Below are positions 28,619 through 38,635 of a stretch of DNA of 64,000 bases, one piece after another. Source of the DNA: Patescibacteria group bacterium. Its GTDB lineage: Bacteria > Patescibacteriota > Microgenomatia > UBA1400 > UBA1449. The notes beneath the pieces are model-generated. The model was not told the DNA's origin and searched no databases. It worked only from the letters and a program-made list of their open reading frames with translations. Location: assembly GCA_050942955.1 (NCBI GenBank), contig JBMNOG010000002.1, forward strand, positions 32,762 to 96,761, in the 5' to 3' direction. Position 1 is the first letter of the stretch. Each line of letters starts with the position of its first letter. A program made the translations under genes and the position numbers.

Positions 28619-28981
28619 CTCACCTTTAACTGCTTTCAGTAGATTATCTATTTCAAATGGTTTTTCAATAAAGACGTCTGCATAGTCTTTAACACAGTGC
28701 GCTACCTCTGCATCCTCACTTACTGCTATTAGGGATGTATCTTTATTTGTCTTACACTCTTTGCACATTGTCAGCAATTCCTGGCCATTACTATCATCAA
28801 AAGAGTGGACATCTAAAAGGATAACGTCAGGTTTACCATACCTAAGTTTTACTTGAAGGTTTTTATTGCTGCTGATACTTTCAACCTTGTAACCCTGTCT
28901 TTGTAAAATCGTCTGAATTACTTCCGCCACTCCTTCATCACTATCAACTATCCAAACGTTTTTGGGAGCTACTTTGCGCAT
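28610..28981 (-). CDS. Single-domain response regulator (receiver)
   Basis: WIVDSD, PDVILLD and FIEKPF; follows the kinase gene. Confidence 0.85.
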   Translation of the reverse strand: MRKVAPKNVWIVDSDEGVAEVIQTILQRQGYKVESISSNKNLQVKLRYGKPDVILLDVHSFDDSNGQELLTMCKECKTNKDTSLIAVSEDAEVAHCVKDYADVFIEKPFEIDNLLKAVKGELH

Positions 28982-28997
28982 AGTACCCTTGCAGCTA

Positions 28998-31187
28998 CTA
29001 GTTTTCTATTGCGGCGGGAAGGGAAAAATAAAAGGTAGAACCTTTATTTTCGGTACTTTTGACCCAAATCTTTCCCTCATGGAGTCTCACAATTTCCCGA
29101 GAAATGTAGAGTCCAAGACCTAGGTTTGACAACTCCTTAGTCTGCCGGCTACTAATTCTATAAAAACGGTTAAAAATCTTCTGCTGTTTACTCTTGGGTA
29201 TACCTATCCCAAAATCCTGCACCGCTACAGTAATACTACCATTTCTTTTATACGATTTCACAATTATCTTTTTGCCATGAGGAGAGTACTTGACTGCGTT
29301 TGAGAGTAAATTAATAAGTACTTGGGAAATTCTATCCTTATCTGCTACCACTGTTCCTTTGACTTTACTCTGATTAATGATTGTATGCTTCTTAGCTGTA
29401 GCTTTTACACTTTCAATTGCTTCATTTATTACTTCAGCAATCAGAAACTCTTTTTTGCTAAGCGGCAGTTTTCCGGAATTAATGCGAGTAACATCCAAAA
29501 GCTCTGAGATAAGATTTGTAAGGCGGTCAACCTGTTTATCCATTTTTTTAAGGTAGTCAATTACTTCCGGATCCTCATACTCGGCAAGATATCTCTGCAA
29601 AAACTGAGCATATGCTTTGATAGTAGTAATGGGATTTTTTAGTTCATGACTGGCCATGCCTATAAACTCATCTTTACGTTTTTCAGCTTCCTTTTGTTCT
29701 GTAATATCTAAAAGGAAACTAATCCCTTCGCCTTTAACTTCATCGGTCATCGCCCCCCCTACTAAAACCGGAACACGACTGCCATCCTTTCTAATAAATT
29801 CTTTTTCGTAAGGTTCGCTGTAGCCCTTTGTCTTAATCTTGTTAGTAGCTTCCTTAGTAACTTCTAAATATTCAGGTGCCGTTGCTTTAATCCAGCTTAT
29901 CCTACCTTTTTCCAAATCCTCTCTGGTATACCCAAGAGTATCCAGAAAGGCATCATTAGCGTCCAAGATCAAACCATCTATTCTTTCAATACTTACACCA
30001 ATAATATTGGAGTTAAACAGCGCTTTAAACCTGGCCTCACTACGACGAATCAATTCTTCAGTAGCCTTGCGCTCGGTTATGTCTGTGAACGTGACTACAG
30101 TACCTACAGTTTTCTCTTTCTCAACAATTGGGTAGGATGATAATTCTACCGGAAACCAATTGCCATCCTTTCGCCATAGAATTTCATCGTCACTCCTAAC
30201 TCCTTTGCCTGTTGTAAATGTTGCGTACATAGGACATTTATGTTCAGGGTATTCTTCACCTGTTTTAGTTTTGCCATGAACTATTTGGTGCATGTTTTTC
30301 CCAACAAGCTCTCTGTACACATAGCCTAACTGATTACAAGCCGCCTTATTCACAAAAGTACAGCGACCTCTAAGATCTAGCCCATAAATTCCTTGATCGG
30401 TGGACTGGAGCAGCTGGCTAAATTCCTGTTCACGTTTCTTGAGTTTTTCTTCAGCATGTTTCTGTTTTGTGACATCGCTTACAAAAACTCCAACTCCGAT
30501 TGTTTCCCCATTAGTTGATTTGACAGGATAGAAGCTTTCACGCCAATACACTGTCTCAGAGGGATTTTGTTTTGTGTTACCTGAAACCTCAAAGTTAAGT
30601 ACCGGTTTGCCTGTATTCAATACTTTTTTCAAAATTCTTGTTACTTGTTTTTCCAGAGAGGGGATAACTTCACCAATAGTCTTACCAACATGTTCAGATT
30701 CTGAAAGATTATTTATATCAGCCAACTGTTTATTCACTAGCTTATAGCGCAAGTTCTTGTCAAAAAGAGCAAACCCAATGGATGCAGAGCTAAGGATTGT
30801 ATTAAGAAGAGCTAGACTGGTTTCCTTATCCTCTGAAACTAATTTACGCTTAGTAATATTTTTAAAGTAAATTGTAAGACTGCTTCCGGAAGGGTAGAAG
30901 TTCGCTTCATACCAAGAGTTAAGAGAGGGAACAAAAGCTTCTACATGTCTTGATTTACCTGTTTCTCTGGCTTTTTTGGCACACGTATAAAATTTTGTTT
31001 TTTTGATTCCAGGAAATTCCTCACCAAAATCCTTGCCCAAGAGGTTTGTTCTGGTTTTTTTTAGAAGTTTTTCCGCTTTTCTATTGATATACGTCACTCT
31101 CCAGTCTTTATCAACAGCTAAAAAAGCATCAGTAATGCTTTCCAGTATCTCCGCAGCTTGTTTATTATATCTAGTTATTTTCATCAT
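28998..31187 (-). CDS. Cytoplasmic multi-PAS sensor histidine kinase
   Basis: About four PAS domains, ASHELKNP, NLLSNAVKYS, DFGIGI and LGLGL; upstream CTGACA-17 nt-TACAAT promoter. Confidence 0.93.
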   Translation of the reverse strand: MMKITRYNKQAAEILESITDAFLAVDKDWRVTYINRKAEKLLKKTRTNLLGKDFGEEFPGIKKTKFYTCAKKARETGKSRHVEAFVPSLNSWYEANFYPSGSSLTIYFKNITKRKLVSEDKETSLALLNTILSSASIGFALFDKNLRYKLVNKQLADINNLSESEHVGKTIGEVIPSLEKQVTRILKKVLNTGKPVLNFEVSGNTKQNPSETVYWRESFYPVKSTNGETIGVGVFVSDVTKQKHAEEKLKKREQEFSQLLQSTDQGIYGLDLRGRCTFVNKAACNQLGYVYRELVGKNMHQIVHGKTKTGEEYPEHKCPMYATFTTGKGVRSDDEILWRKDGNWFPVELSSYPIVEKEKTVGTVVTFTDITERKATEELIRRSEARFKALFNSNIIGVSIERIDGLILDANDAFLDTLGYTREDLEKGRISWIKATAPEYLEVTKEATNKIKTKGYSEPYEKEFIRKDGSRVPVLVGGAMTDEVKGEGISFLLDITEQKEAEKRKDEFIGMASHELKNPITTIKAYAQFLQRYLAEYEDPEVIDYLKKMDKQVDRLTNLISELLDVTRINSGKLPLSKKEFLIAEVINEAIESVKATAKKHTIINQSKVKGTVVADKDRISQVLINLLSNAVKYSPHGKKIIVKSYKRNGSITVAVQDFGIGIPKSKQQKIFNRFYRISSRQTKELSNLGLGLYISREIVRLHEGKIWVKSTENKGSTFYFSLPAAIEN

Positions 31188-31303
31188 GCAGCAAAGGTTT
31201 TAACCACATTTCAACCGCTACGTTTTCACTGTTATTATTGTAGCGCAATAACCGGAAATTGTCAGCAGTCAACAGTCTTTATTGCTTGCTAAGAAGGGAT
31301 TTT

Positions 31304-31669
31304 TTAATCGACGTTATTTAACGTTTCACCTTCAATCATATCCCTTTCTGTAAATTCTTCGAGGATCATTAAGTTACGGTGGTTAGCCCTATAAGCAAAG
31401 TCGCCGATATCACCAGCTATAGGAACTAAACTGATAATAAAGTCTAAAATGACATTGAAAAGCATCTGTCCAATTTTCTCTCCTGGTAAGTTCATCTGTA
31501 TTCCAACCCATATAAGATATAATGACAAAAGTAAGGCAAGTACATCCCCTAAACCAGGAATAAGCCCCAAAAGTGGCTCTAGACCAAACCGGAAGCCTAA
31601 AATACTAAACTGGTTTTCAAGAATATTGGTAAGAGTACTGGCAAACCGCAAATGTGATTTTGTTTGCAT
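31304..31669 (-). CDS. DUF4112 family membrane protein
   Basis: RFGLEPLLGLIPGLGD...VPIAGDIGD..RAN.RN. Confidence 0.88.
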   Translation of the reverse strand: MQTKSHLRFASTLTNILENQFSILGFRFGLEPLLGLIPGLGDVLALLLSLYLIWVGIQMNLPGEKIGQMLFNVILDFIISLVPIAGDIGDFAYRANHRNLMILEEFTERDMIEGETLNNVD

Positions 31670-31704
31670 AAAGGAATAAGAATTCAGGTGTTAGGCCCTG
31701 ATGT

Positions 31705-32241
31705 TCATTCTCTAAATTGGATGGTTCCAACAACTGCATCCAGTAATTGTTCGACTTCCTCATCTTCTGACGCCAGTGTAACATGCAGACCAAACGAACC
31801 TTGTTGATTATGACCGGTTGTAAAGTAGTCGTAAGAAATTGCATTTTGCACCAGTCTAATCCACTTCTTACCCTTTCTACCTCCAATAATAATTTCTTGT
31901 TCTGAAATAGTATCTCTGGGATTCATGCTACTAAATTCCACAGGGAAAAACCCGACAGTCTGATCCATAGCTTCAGGGATTCCTAAAAATACAAGTTCAT
32001 AACTCCCTTCTGTGAGAGATATTGACTGAGGTGACCAGTAGGGTGGGTATTGAAAAGTAAGGTATTTACCTTCAAAAGTCACGAGGTTATTAAACGAAGG
32101 TTTTGGAGATAGGAAATTAAGCGTACTAAATAACTTTTCCAAATCCTCACCAGATACATTCATTACCAGTACAAGCCCAGCCACAGCAAGTGCTAGAAGC
32201 CCTAACCAGAAAGCTAACATCCACTTTACAAAAAGAGACAT
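31705..32241 (-). CDS. Membrane-anchored PsbP-like hypothetical protein
   Basis: N-terminal TM, FQYPPYW and terminal LDAVVGTIQF. Confidence 0.65.
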   Translation of the reverse strand: MSLFVKWMLAFWLGLLALAVAGLVLVMNVSGEDLEKLFSTLNFLSPKPSFNNLVTFEGKYLTFQYPPYWSPQSISLTEGSYELVFLGIPEAMDQTVGFFPVEFSSMNPRDTISEQEIIIGGRKGKKWIRLVQNAISYDYFTTGHNQQGSFGLHVTLASEDEEVEQLLDAVVGTIQFRE

Positions 32242-32247
32242 TACATA

Positions 32248-32301
32248 AGTGTACGCAGAAGGGGTAAGGGGCCAATTAGAATCTTGAAAGGCTTAAGTAA
32301 G
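32248..32301 (-). promoter_or_regulatory. 11-bp-period TTAC array plus -10 box (leaderless)
   Basis: cttac-N6-ctttc-N6-ctaat-N6-cttac-N10-TACACT-N6-ATG. Confidence 0.6.
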
Positions 32302-32372
32302 ACTGTAGCTTATTTTTTACTGAGGAAAATATATGCTAGAATGAGGTATTACTTACTTTTCCAATTTAAAAT

Positions 32373-32888
32373 ATGGCAACCAAACAAACTGTTAAAAAAA
32401 ATACTTCAAAAAAAACTGGAAGAACTACTTCCAAAAAAGCACCTGAAAAAAATATCCCGTTACCACAAAAACTGCGCCGCTCTGAAACCGACCATATGAT
32501 TGGTGGAGTTGCTGGAGGATTAGGCACCTATTTTGCAATTGATCCAACTATTATCCGCCTTGTTTTTGTTTTACTGTTTGTTTTTGGCGGATCAGGTTTA
32601 CTCCTGTACCTCATTCTCTGGATTATCGTTCCCTCTGAGTCTCAGCTCTACTCTTCTTCAGAGGAAAGTATTAAGCAAAATGCCGGTGAAGTTAAAGAAA
32701 AGACTACCAAGTTTGCACGAGATATTTCGGGGACTGATTCCAGGTACTTTTGGGGGCTTTTCTTAATAATTATTGGCTTTGTGTTTCTCCTTAGAAACTT
32801 CGGTATTTTCCGATTTGTCAGGTTTGATGTTATCTGGCCGCTAGCACTAATAATTTTAGGGCTAAATATATTAGTTAAAAACAAGTAG
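32373..32888 (+). CDS. PspC domain protein with C-terminal LiaI/LiaF-like (DUF5668) TM region
   Basis: LRRSETDHMIGGVAGGLG.YF.IDPTIIR...LYLILWIIVP; WPLALIILG. Confidence 0.88.
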   Translation: MATKQTVKKNTSKKTGRTTSKKAPEKNIPLPQKLRRSETDHMIGGVAGGLGTYFAIDPTIIRLVFVLLFVFGGSGLLLYLILWIIVPSESQLYSSSEESIKQNAGEVKEKTTKFARDISGTDSRYFWGLFLIIIGFVFLLRNFGIFRFVRFDVIWPLALIILGLNILVKNK

Positions 32889-32891
32889 TCT

Positions 32892-33926
32892 ATGGAAGAA
32901 ACCATAAAATCAACTAGTTCTAATAGCCAGAAGGAGCAAGGTTCTAGAGAAAGGTCGGAAGGTGGAGGTCTGGCGGCAGCTACTCTTATTTTTCTGGGTG
33001 TAATTTTTTTACTAAATAACCTTGGATTTCTTCCGTGGTCAGTCTGGGAGCAGTTATGGCGTTTTTGGCCGCTTATTTTGGTCTTTGCCGGCTTGGAGAT
33101 TCTTTTAGGCAAATCTCGCGTTTCCCGTTGGTTTATTTTCATTATCAGCCTGATAGTATTTTTGGTTCTTCTTGTTATCGTAGCCGCTCCCATAAATTCA
33201 AGACTGAGTAGGTTTGCTGAGAGATATCTTGGCAAAGTATATGTTCAAAGCCAAAAAGCGCTTAATAAAAAACACAGACAGATAAAAACTCTCAAGGTAA
33301 GCGAAACAAACTATCTGAACTCCAGCACCAAAAGCAGAGATATCTTTATTAACTTTGGTATCGGCAAACTAGAATTAATCGATAGTAACAGCAGAGATTT
33401 TTTTGAAGTTACCGCTACTTACTATCCGGGCTTTGGAGAACCAACGCTTGACCAAACATTTGCAGGTAGTAACCTGCAGATTAATCTTGATACCATTCAA
33501 AACACAGGAATGTTCCCTACTGACCAAGAAATCCATTACGATGCAGTTATCGGCAGGTCAGAACTACCTACTACAGTTTCACTAAAGCTTGGAGCAGGAA
33601 AGGCAGAAATATATCTAGACCAAACCAGTATGCGCAAAATAGGTATCGATGTTGGAGCCGGTTCTGCTGATATTACCCTTACCAGAGAAAGTCTGCCCAA
33701 TGAGATTTCCACAGTTGAAGTTGGAGTTGGTTCAGTGTTTCTATCTGTTCCGCAAAATACTGCATTAAAGGTCCATCATGATGTCGGGATAGGGAGACTT
33801 GAGATTGAAAATAATCAGCTTCAAGGTAAAGGAACATACATAACTCCAGGGTATGAAAGTACCGTAGAAAAAATGGAGCTAAGTGTCAAAGTGGAAGTGG
33901 GATCTGTTAAGATTAAGCAAGTTTAA
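32892..33926 (+). CDS. LiaF-like protein (DUF5668 TM region plus toast-rack beta domain)
   Basis: LIFLGVIFLLNNLG...WPLILVFAGLEIL, with repeated GAG/GVG beta motifs. Confidence 0.8.
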   Translation: MEETIKSTSSNSQKEQGSRERSEGGGLAAATLIFLGVIFLLNNLGFLPWSVWEQLWRFWPLILVFAGLEILLGKSRVSRWFIFIISLIVFLVLLVIVAAPINSRLSRFAERYLGKVYVQSQKALNKKHRQIKTLKVSETNYLNSSTKSRDIFINFGIGKLELIDSNSRDFFEVTATYYPGFGEPTLDQTFAGSNLQINLDTIQNTGMFPTDQEIHYDAVIGRSELPTTVSLKLGAGKAEIYLDQTSMRKIGIDVGAGSADITLTRESLPNEISTVEVGVGSVFLSVPQNTALKVHHDVGIGRLEIENNQLQGKGTYITPGYESTVEKMELSVKVEVGSVKIKQV

Positions 33927-33931
33927 GTACA

Positions 33932-34621
33932 CTACTGGGTAAAAATTCTAAGGGTCGAGAGCATTGTATCTATTGTCTCTTCAAAACCCTGACCAGTCGG
34001 GTCTTCTGTATTATTAACAATTTCCAGGTAGCGGTCTTCTCCCTGAGGCAAGAATATGTAACTTCTGGTCCCTAGGCTTGTCACCTCAAATGTGTATCCT
34101 TGATAGCTCGCTACTGTTATAGGCTGAGATTCAGTAATTTCTTCCACAACAGGATTATCCTGTAAAGACTGGACTCTTTGTTGCACAAATTCCTGGAGAG
34201 TCATATCTCCCAAAGATCCTGAATCAAACGCTAGACTGATACCATCGTAAAACTCTGTGCCGGTTCTTTGCGTGGGTCCGAACTGAATAAAGCTTACTGT
34301 GTCATCTGTCGGCCTTTCGACTCTTACTTCAGGAGGGTAAAGGATCCTAAAACCAATATCTTCAGAACTAAATAACTCCCACTCAGCTACTTCATCCGGT
34401 GTTGGCGTAGGAGTTAGGTCCGGACTAAGCGCATCTCCAGACGTTGCTGTTGGGCTAGGTGAAAGGGTGGGACTTCCAACCGGAGTAGGCGTAGGAGATG
34501 GAGTAGTAACTCCATTCCCCCCAACACCATTTTGAGAAAGATACACTCCTATCCCAATTAGAACAATGATTGCCAGAGTTATTAAGATAATATAAGGTGT
34601 GACAATCCCTTTACTCTTCAT
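33932..34621 (-). CDS. Membrane-anchored PsbP-like protein with PT-rich linker
   Basis: TM, PTPTP stalk, GFRILYP and terminal MLSTLRI. Confidence 0.65.
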   Translation of the reverse strand: MKSKGIVTPYIILITLAIIVLIGIGVYLSQNGVGGNGVTTPSPTPTPVGSPTLSPSPTATSGDALSPDLTPTPTPDEVAEWELFSSEDIGFRILYPPEVRVERPTDDTVSFIQFGPTQRTGTEFYDGISLAFDSGSLGDMTLQEFVQQRVQSLQDNPVVEEITESQPITVASYQGYTFEVTSLGTRSYIFLPQGEDRYLEIVNNTEDPTGQGFEETIDTMLSTLRIFTQ

Positions 34622-34638
34622 TTTTCAGATATGCTATG

Positions 34639-35061
34639 TTAGTTTTTGTACTTCGGAGCCCTGAAATCGTTTGTGTGAATACAGTACGTTTCTCCTTCTT
34701 TTAAATAATCTCCCCAATAGTTGTCTCCATCCGGACCGGTTACCGTCATTTTAAACCAGTTATCCGGACACTCTTCGTCTTTTGCCAGTTTCCAAACACT
34801 GTGATCACCTTCAATAATTCCTCCATCTTCTTCGGACCAACCATAAAACCATTGCTGGAAGACACCGCTGTTACCGGCTTTCATTACCAAATCTTTACCC
34901 TCATGGTATTCTTCCTCACCCGGAATTCCGTGCGGCCCTTCTTCATAGTAGGCCACTACATTAGAGTTTTTATCAGCTGCTTTAAATGGGGCAGCCTTAA
35001 CAGTACCTGCAAGAAAGAAGAGTAAACTTAAAACCGTTGCAAGTATAATTAGTTTCTTCAT
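34639..35061 (-). CDS. Secreted hypothetical protein
   Basis: Signal peptide (…TVKA/A); strong SD GAAAGGAGGTGA; two Cys. Confidence 0.7.
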   Translation of the reverse strand: MKKLIILATVLSLLFFLAGTVKAAPFKAADKNSNVVAYYEEGPHGIPGEEEYHEGKDLVMKAGNSGVFQQWFYGWSEEDGGIIEGDHSVWKLAKDEECPDNWFKMTVTGPDGDNYWGDYLKEGETYCIHTNDFRAPKYKN

Positions 35062-35261
35062 ACTTCACCTCCTTTCGATAGTTTTACAGATTTCATACTC
35101 AGATTATTTACTGAGAAACCAATCATACTGAGATAACTTAAAAGACCAGTTACAAAAGGTTAAAGGTTATGTAAGAAAAACGGTTTTAGCCTGGATTCTG
35201 ATTTTGAGTTTGTTATAATCATAAAGGACAAGATTGTCCTTTTTTGTTTTTTCACACTATT

Positions 35262-35900
35262 ATGAAAATTTTTGAAAAAGTTACCAACTGGTATAAAGAC
35301 CTTCCGGAAAAGAAAAGATATCTGGAGTTTATATCTGCAGTTCTGAGTATTGGTGTTATGCTAACAGTTATTGTTAATAATGTTGATAACATTAACAGCA
35401 GAAAAAGTTTGCAAAATGCGCCAGACAAAGACAAGCCCACTCCCACTCCTCAAGTAATTAGGGTAGAGGTAGATAAAAATAACAGCGAAAGTGAAGCAGA
35501 AGCTAAATCAACACAAACTCCATCTGTTTCACCTAAACCTACCCCTGAGCCCACTGCCGCCCCAAAAGATGTATGTAAAAAAGAAGTCGGGCCGATTGAG
35601 ATTGTTTACCCTGAAGAAAATGAAGTGATTAGTTCAGACCCGGTCTGTATTGACATCTCCCATAAACGGGAAGAGTACTGTGCTGTAGTTTGGGCATACA
35701 GAATAAACGGTAGCAACTGGTCAGACTACACTGACAAATCAATTTGTCTATACAATGTTACCCCGGGGGAAAAACTCTTTGAGCTAAGAGTTAAAAGCAT
35801 TGTTTCCGGAGATGAAATTCTCTTAAAGCGCCGGTTTACAGTGGAAGGGAGGAATCCGGAATCTTCTCCTGAAAGTTCCCCATCAGCACAAGCTAACTAA
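35262..35900 (+). CDS. Membrane-anchored hypothetical protein with Cys-containing Ig-like domain
   Basis: TM, PT linker and WAYRING..WS. Confidence 0.7.
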   Translation: MKIFEKVTNWYKDLPEKKRYLEFISAVLSIGVMLTVIVNNVDNINSRKSLQNAPDKDKPTPTPQVIRVEVDKNNSESEAEAKSTQTPSVSPKPTPEPTAAPKDVCKKEVGPIEIVYPEENEVISSDPVCIDISHKREEYCAVVWAYRINGSNWSDYTDKSICLYNVTPGEKLFELRVKSIVSGDEILLKRRFTVEGRNPESSPESSPSAQAN

Positions 35901-35901
35901 T

Positions 35902-36366
35902 TTACGTTACTTCTTCTTTCGTACCAATTCCGGTTCTAAGCATAAATACGTGACGTTTTATAGTCGCCAATTCTAGATCCTGGTTTTGCAGTGCTTGTTC
36001 ATGTTCTTTAACAATCTCTGAAATATCTTTTTCTAAGTCCTCAGGTAAAACCGGATTTACAGACCAGCCATTTTCACTCTCAATATTAGGAATAAGCACT
36101 ATAAACACATTTTCTCCATACATCTCTTTACAATATTGTAGTTCCTTTTTTGCCTCTCTGATTGATCTGTCAACAAAACTCCACTTACTCTTCCGCGGCA
36201 CTAAAGGGATAGCAGCAGTCGCTATCTTATCCCAAAACCCCTCAGGTACATCTCTGCTTACCCCCCAACCACTTCCGATTCCGGCTTCATCAAGAGCAGT
36301 AACTCTTTTACCATCATAGTACTCTGCATATCTTTGCCCTTCTCTCCCAATATTTTCTTCTTTCAT
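35902..36366 (-). CDS. Hypothetical protein
   Basis: ORF filling the gap; no recognisable motif. Confidence 0.55.
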   Translation of the reverse strand: MKEENIGREGQRYAEYYDGKRVTALDEAGIGSGWGVSRDVPEGFWDKIATAAIPLVPRKSKWSFVDRSIREAKKELQYCKEMYGENVFIVLIPNIESENGWSVNPVLPEDLEKDISEIVKEHEQALQNQDLELATIKRHVFMLRTGIGTKEEVT

Positions 36367-36373
36367 ATATAGT

Positions 36374-37135
36374 TTAGGCACTTTCTCTGGCAGCTCTGTT
36401 TAGAAACCAACCCAGAAAAATTAACCATATTCCATTAAATAAACCAGCACCGAAAACTGGAATTTGTACACCCAGTATCATCAAAATACCTATGATAATA
36501 AAAGCCCAAGAGACCAAACGACCGCTCCAAACAGCAATATTAGTTGCTTTTGAAAAATTATCTGTAATCGCCCAAATTGTAGAACGTAAAACCCTACCTC
36601 CATCAAGTGGGAAACCGGGAATTAGATTAAATAATCCCAAAACAATATTTATGGGTCCTAGCCAAAGGAGAAGAGTAGTAAAAGGCCCCAGTTCAGTAAA
36701 CCTAGTTCCAAATTCTACCACTCCGCCTCTTAAAATATTCGTAGATATCCCCCCTATTAAAATTAAAATTATCCCTAAAGCGATACTGGTTAATGGTCCG
36801 ACTAAAGCCATCAAGAATTCTGTTTTGGGTGTTTGGGGTTTTTCTTCAATGTTTGAAATTCCGCCAAAAAGAAACAGCGTGATTTGGTTTACCGGCAAGC
36901 CTCTAGCCCGGGCCACAATTGAGTGGGCCAGTTCATGTGTCAGAACTGAAGCAAAGAAGAGGATAGAGGCAACCCCTGCCATTCCCCAGATTAGTAGCTG
37001 GCTCCAGTCTGGATGCAATACTGGAAAAACTGCCAAAGCTAAATCAATGGTTACAATAAGAAAGATAATAATCCAACTGGTATCAATCCCTATCTCGATA
37101 CCAACTATTCTTCCCAGTGTAAAACGTCCACCCAT
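36374..37135 (-). CDS. Site-2 protease (peptidase M50), no CBS domains
   Basis: HELAH, VGP and FNLIPGFPLDGGR. Confidence 0.92.
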   Translation of the reverse strand: MGGRFTLGRIVGIEIGIDTSWIIIFLIVTIDLALAVFPVLHPDWSQLLIWGMAGVASILFFASVLTHELAHSIVARARGLPVNQITLFLFGGISNIEEKPQTPKTEFLMALVGPLTSIALGIILILIGGISTNILRGGVVEFGTRFTELGPFTTLLLWLGPINIVLGLFNLIPGFPLDGGRVLRSTIWAITDNFSKATNIAVWSGRLVSWAFIIIGILMILGVQIPVFGAGLFNGIWLIFLGWFLNRAARESA

Positions 37136-37143
37136 ACTATTAA

Positions 37144-37186
37144 ATTGTATGCTACCCACGTAAAACTGATGTGATAACTATGTAAG
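37144..37186 (-). promoter_or_regulatory. 11-bp-period TTAC array plus -10 box (leaderless)
   Basis: cttac-N6-atcac-N6-tttac-N10-TACAAT-N8-ATG. Confidence 0.65.
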
Positions 37187-37258
37187 AAAGCAATAATACA
37201 AATTTTTAACAACTACTGTTTGATGAGAAATACGTACAAAAATTTTTGAACGGGAATG

Positions 37259-37942
37259 TTACTTTTTAATTTTTTTTGAAGCTTGCTGGGCACTCTGCTC
37301 CAGTTTATCCAGCATCCTGCTCGCCGCATCTCGCCCTCCAAGTCCGAAAGCCAGACCTACAGCCAGCGCAAAGGCCACCATTAGCCCGGAGAGAAGGATT
37401 TGAATTAGGGCAGGTGCTATGCCAAGTTCCTGCAGTACAATAAGACCAGTAAACACTAGAATAGAGTAGCGAGCAATTCCTGAAAGAATTGAAGAAACAT
37501 TTTCTCCCATACTTCTCGAAGTATTTCTAACTATATCTCCCAGAAGATTAGCAAAAATAAATCCAAGTAGCCCTATCACCACCGCTGCAATTACCTGAGG
37601 AAGGTACAGGATCAGTTGATTAATGACGTTAGTTACTCCTGGTACGTTCCAAGCTTCAAATGCCGGAATAAGAAAAAAGATTAAAACTGTCCAGAACACT
37701 AGTTGTGCCAGTATGGTAATCCATGTTTCCTGTTGTGATGATTTATCAACTCCAGCTCTAGATAACCAACCTCTAATATTAATTACTTCAAGAAGTTTGC
37801 GTACCCCGGCTCTCAAAACAGCAGCCACTATCCAACCGACTAACAGAATAACAATGCCGGCAATAAGATCAGGTATAAAAGCAATAATTGAGCTAAGAGC
37901 ATCTGCGAGGGAACTAATGATAGTTTCAACAATATTATTCAT
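37259..37942 (-). CDS. CmpX-like TM-helix repeat protein (MscS-related TM region)
   Basis: FIPDLIAGIVILLVGW, YLPQVIAA and GLAFGLGGRDAA. Confidence 0.85.
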   Translation of the reverse strand: MNNIVETIISSLADALSSIIAFIPDLIAGIVILLVGWIVAAVLRAGVRKLLEVINIRGWLSRAGVDKSSQQETWITILAQLVFWTVLIFFLIPAFEAWNVPGVTNVINQLILYLPQVIAAVVIGLLGFIFANLLGDIVRNTSRSMGENVSSILSGIARYSILVFTGLIVLQELGIAPALIQILLSGLMVAFALAVGLAFGLGGRDAASRMLDKLEQSAQQASKKIKK

Positions 37943-37950
37943 ATCGCAAA

Positions 37951-38004
37951 ATAATATAAGCGAAGATTAAGATTTGGGTTAAAGAGAAGTATTAAATTCG
38001 TAAG
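37951..38004 (-). promoter_or_regulatory. 11-bp-period TTAC array plus -10 box (leaderless)
   Basis: cttac-N6-aatac-N6-ttaac-N6-cttaa-N10-TATTAT-N8-ATG. Confidence 0.65.
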
Positions 38005-38112
38005 AAAAAAGTATTAAATTATTAGTATTTTTATTAGTATCAGCTAAATAATATACTCAGAAACTGGCGCAAAATCTTAGAAAAACTCTGACCGCAAGTA
38101 TTGAGCTATAAT

Positions 38113-38574
38113 TTATTTCCCTTTTTCCTCAAACAATTTCCTGTACTCACCGTATCCTTCCTTTTCAAGATCGTTGAGAGGAATAAAACGCAAAGAAGCC
38201 GAGTTTATACAGTACCTCAGTCCCGTAGGTTCAGGCCCGTCGGGAAAAACATGGCCAAGGTGTGAATCAGACTTTCTGCTTCTAACTTCAGTTCTTGGGG
38301 TAAGTAGCTTATTATCCTCTTTCTCAACTATGCTCTCAGGCTTAAGAGGTTTAGTAAAACTCGTCCAACCGCACCCTGAATCATACTTATCCAAAGAGGT
38401 AAATAACGGTTCTCCGGAAACCACATCAACGTAAAGTCCGGGCTCATAGTTATCCCAATACTCATTGGCAAATGGCGGCTCTGTCACTTCATTTTGCGTA
38501 ACCTCATACTGCATTTTACTGAGTTTTCCTTTCAACTCAGACTTATCAGGTTTTTGTGTATCTTTCTTAGCCAT
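38113..38574 (-). CDS. msrB: Peptide-methionine (R)-S-oxide reductase
   Basis: [27 protein letters not shown] and RYCINS. Confidence 0.93.
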   Translation of the reverse strand: MAKKDTQKPDKSELKGKLSKMQYEVTQNEVTEPPFANEYWDNYEPGLYVDVVSGEPLFTSLDKYDSGCGWTSFTKPLKPESIVEKEDNKLLTPRTEVRSRKSDSHLGHVFPDGPEPTGLRYCINSASLRFIPLNDLEKEGYGEYRKLFEEKGK

Positions 38575-38635
38575 AGGTAACGTAAGTTTAGAAGATTGAC
38601 ATGAAGTTCCAATGAAGTGTGGAGTAAAAGAGGTC

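Noticed and set aside
38113-38574. MsrB GWTSF instead of GWPSF as a sign of altered function
   Set aside because: It is a single substitution with the catalytic RYCINS intact, and cannot be separated from drift or sequencing error.
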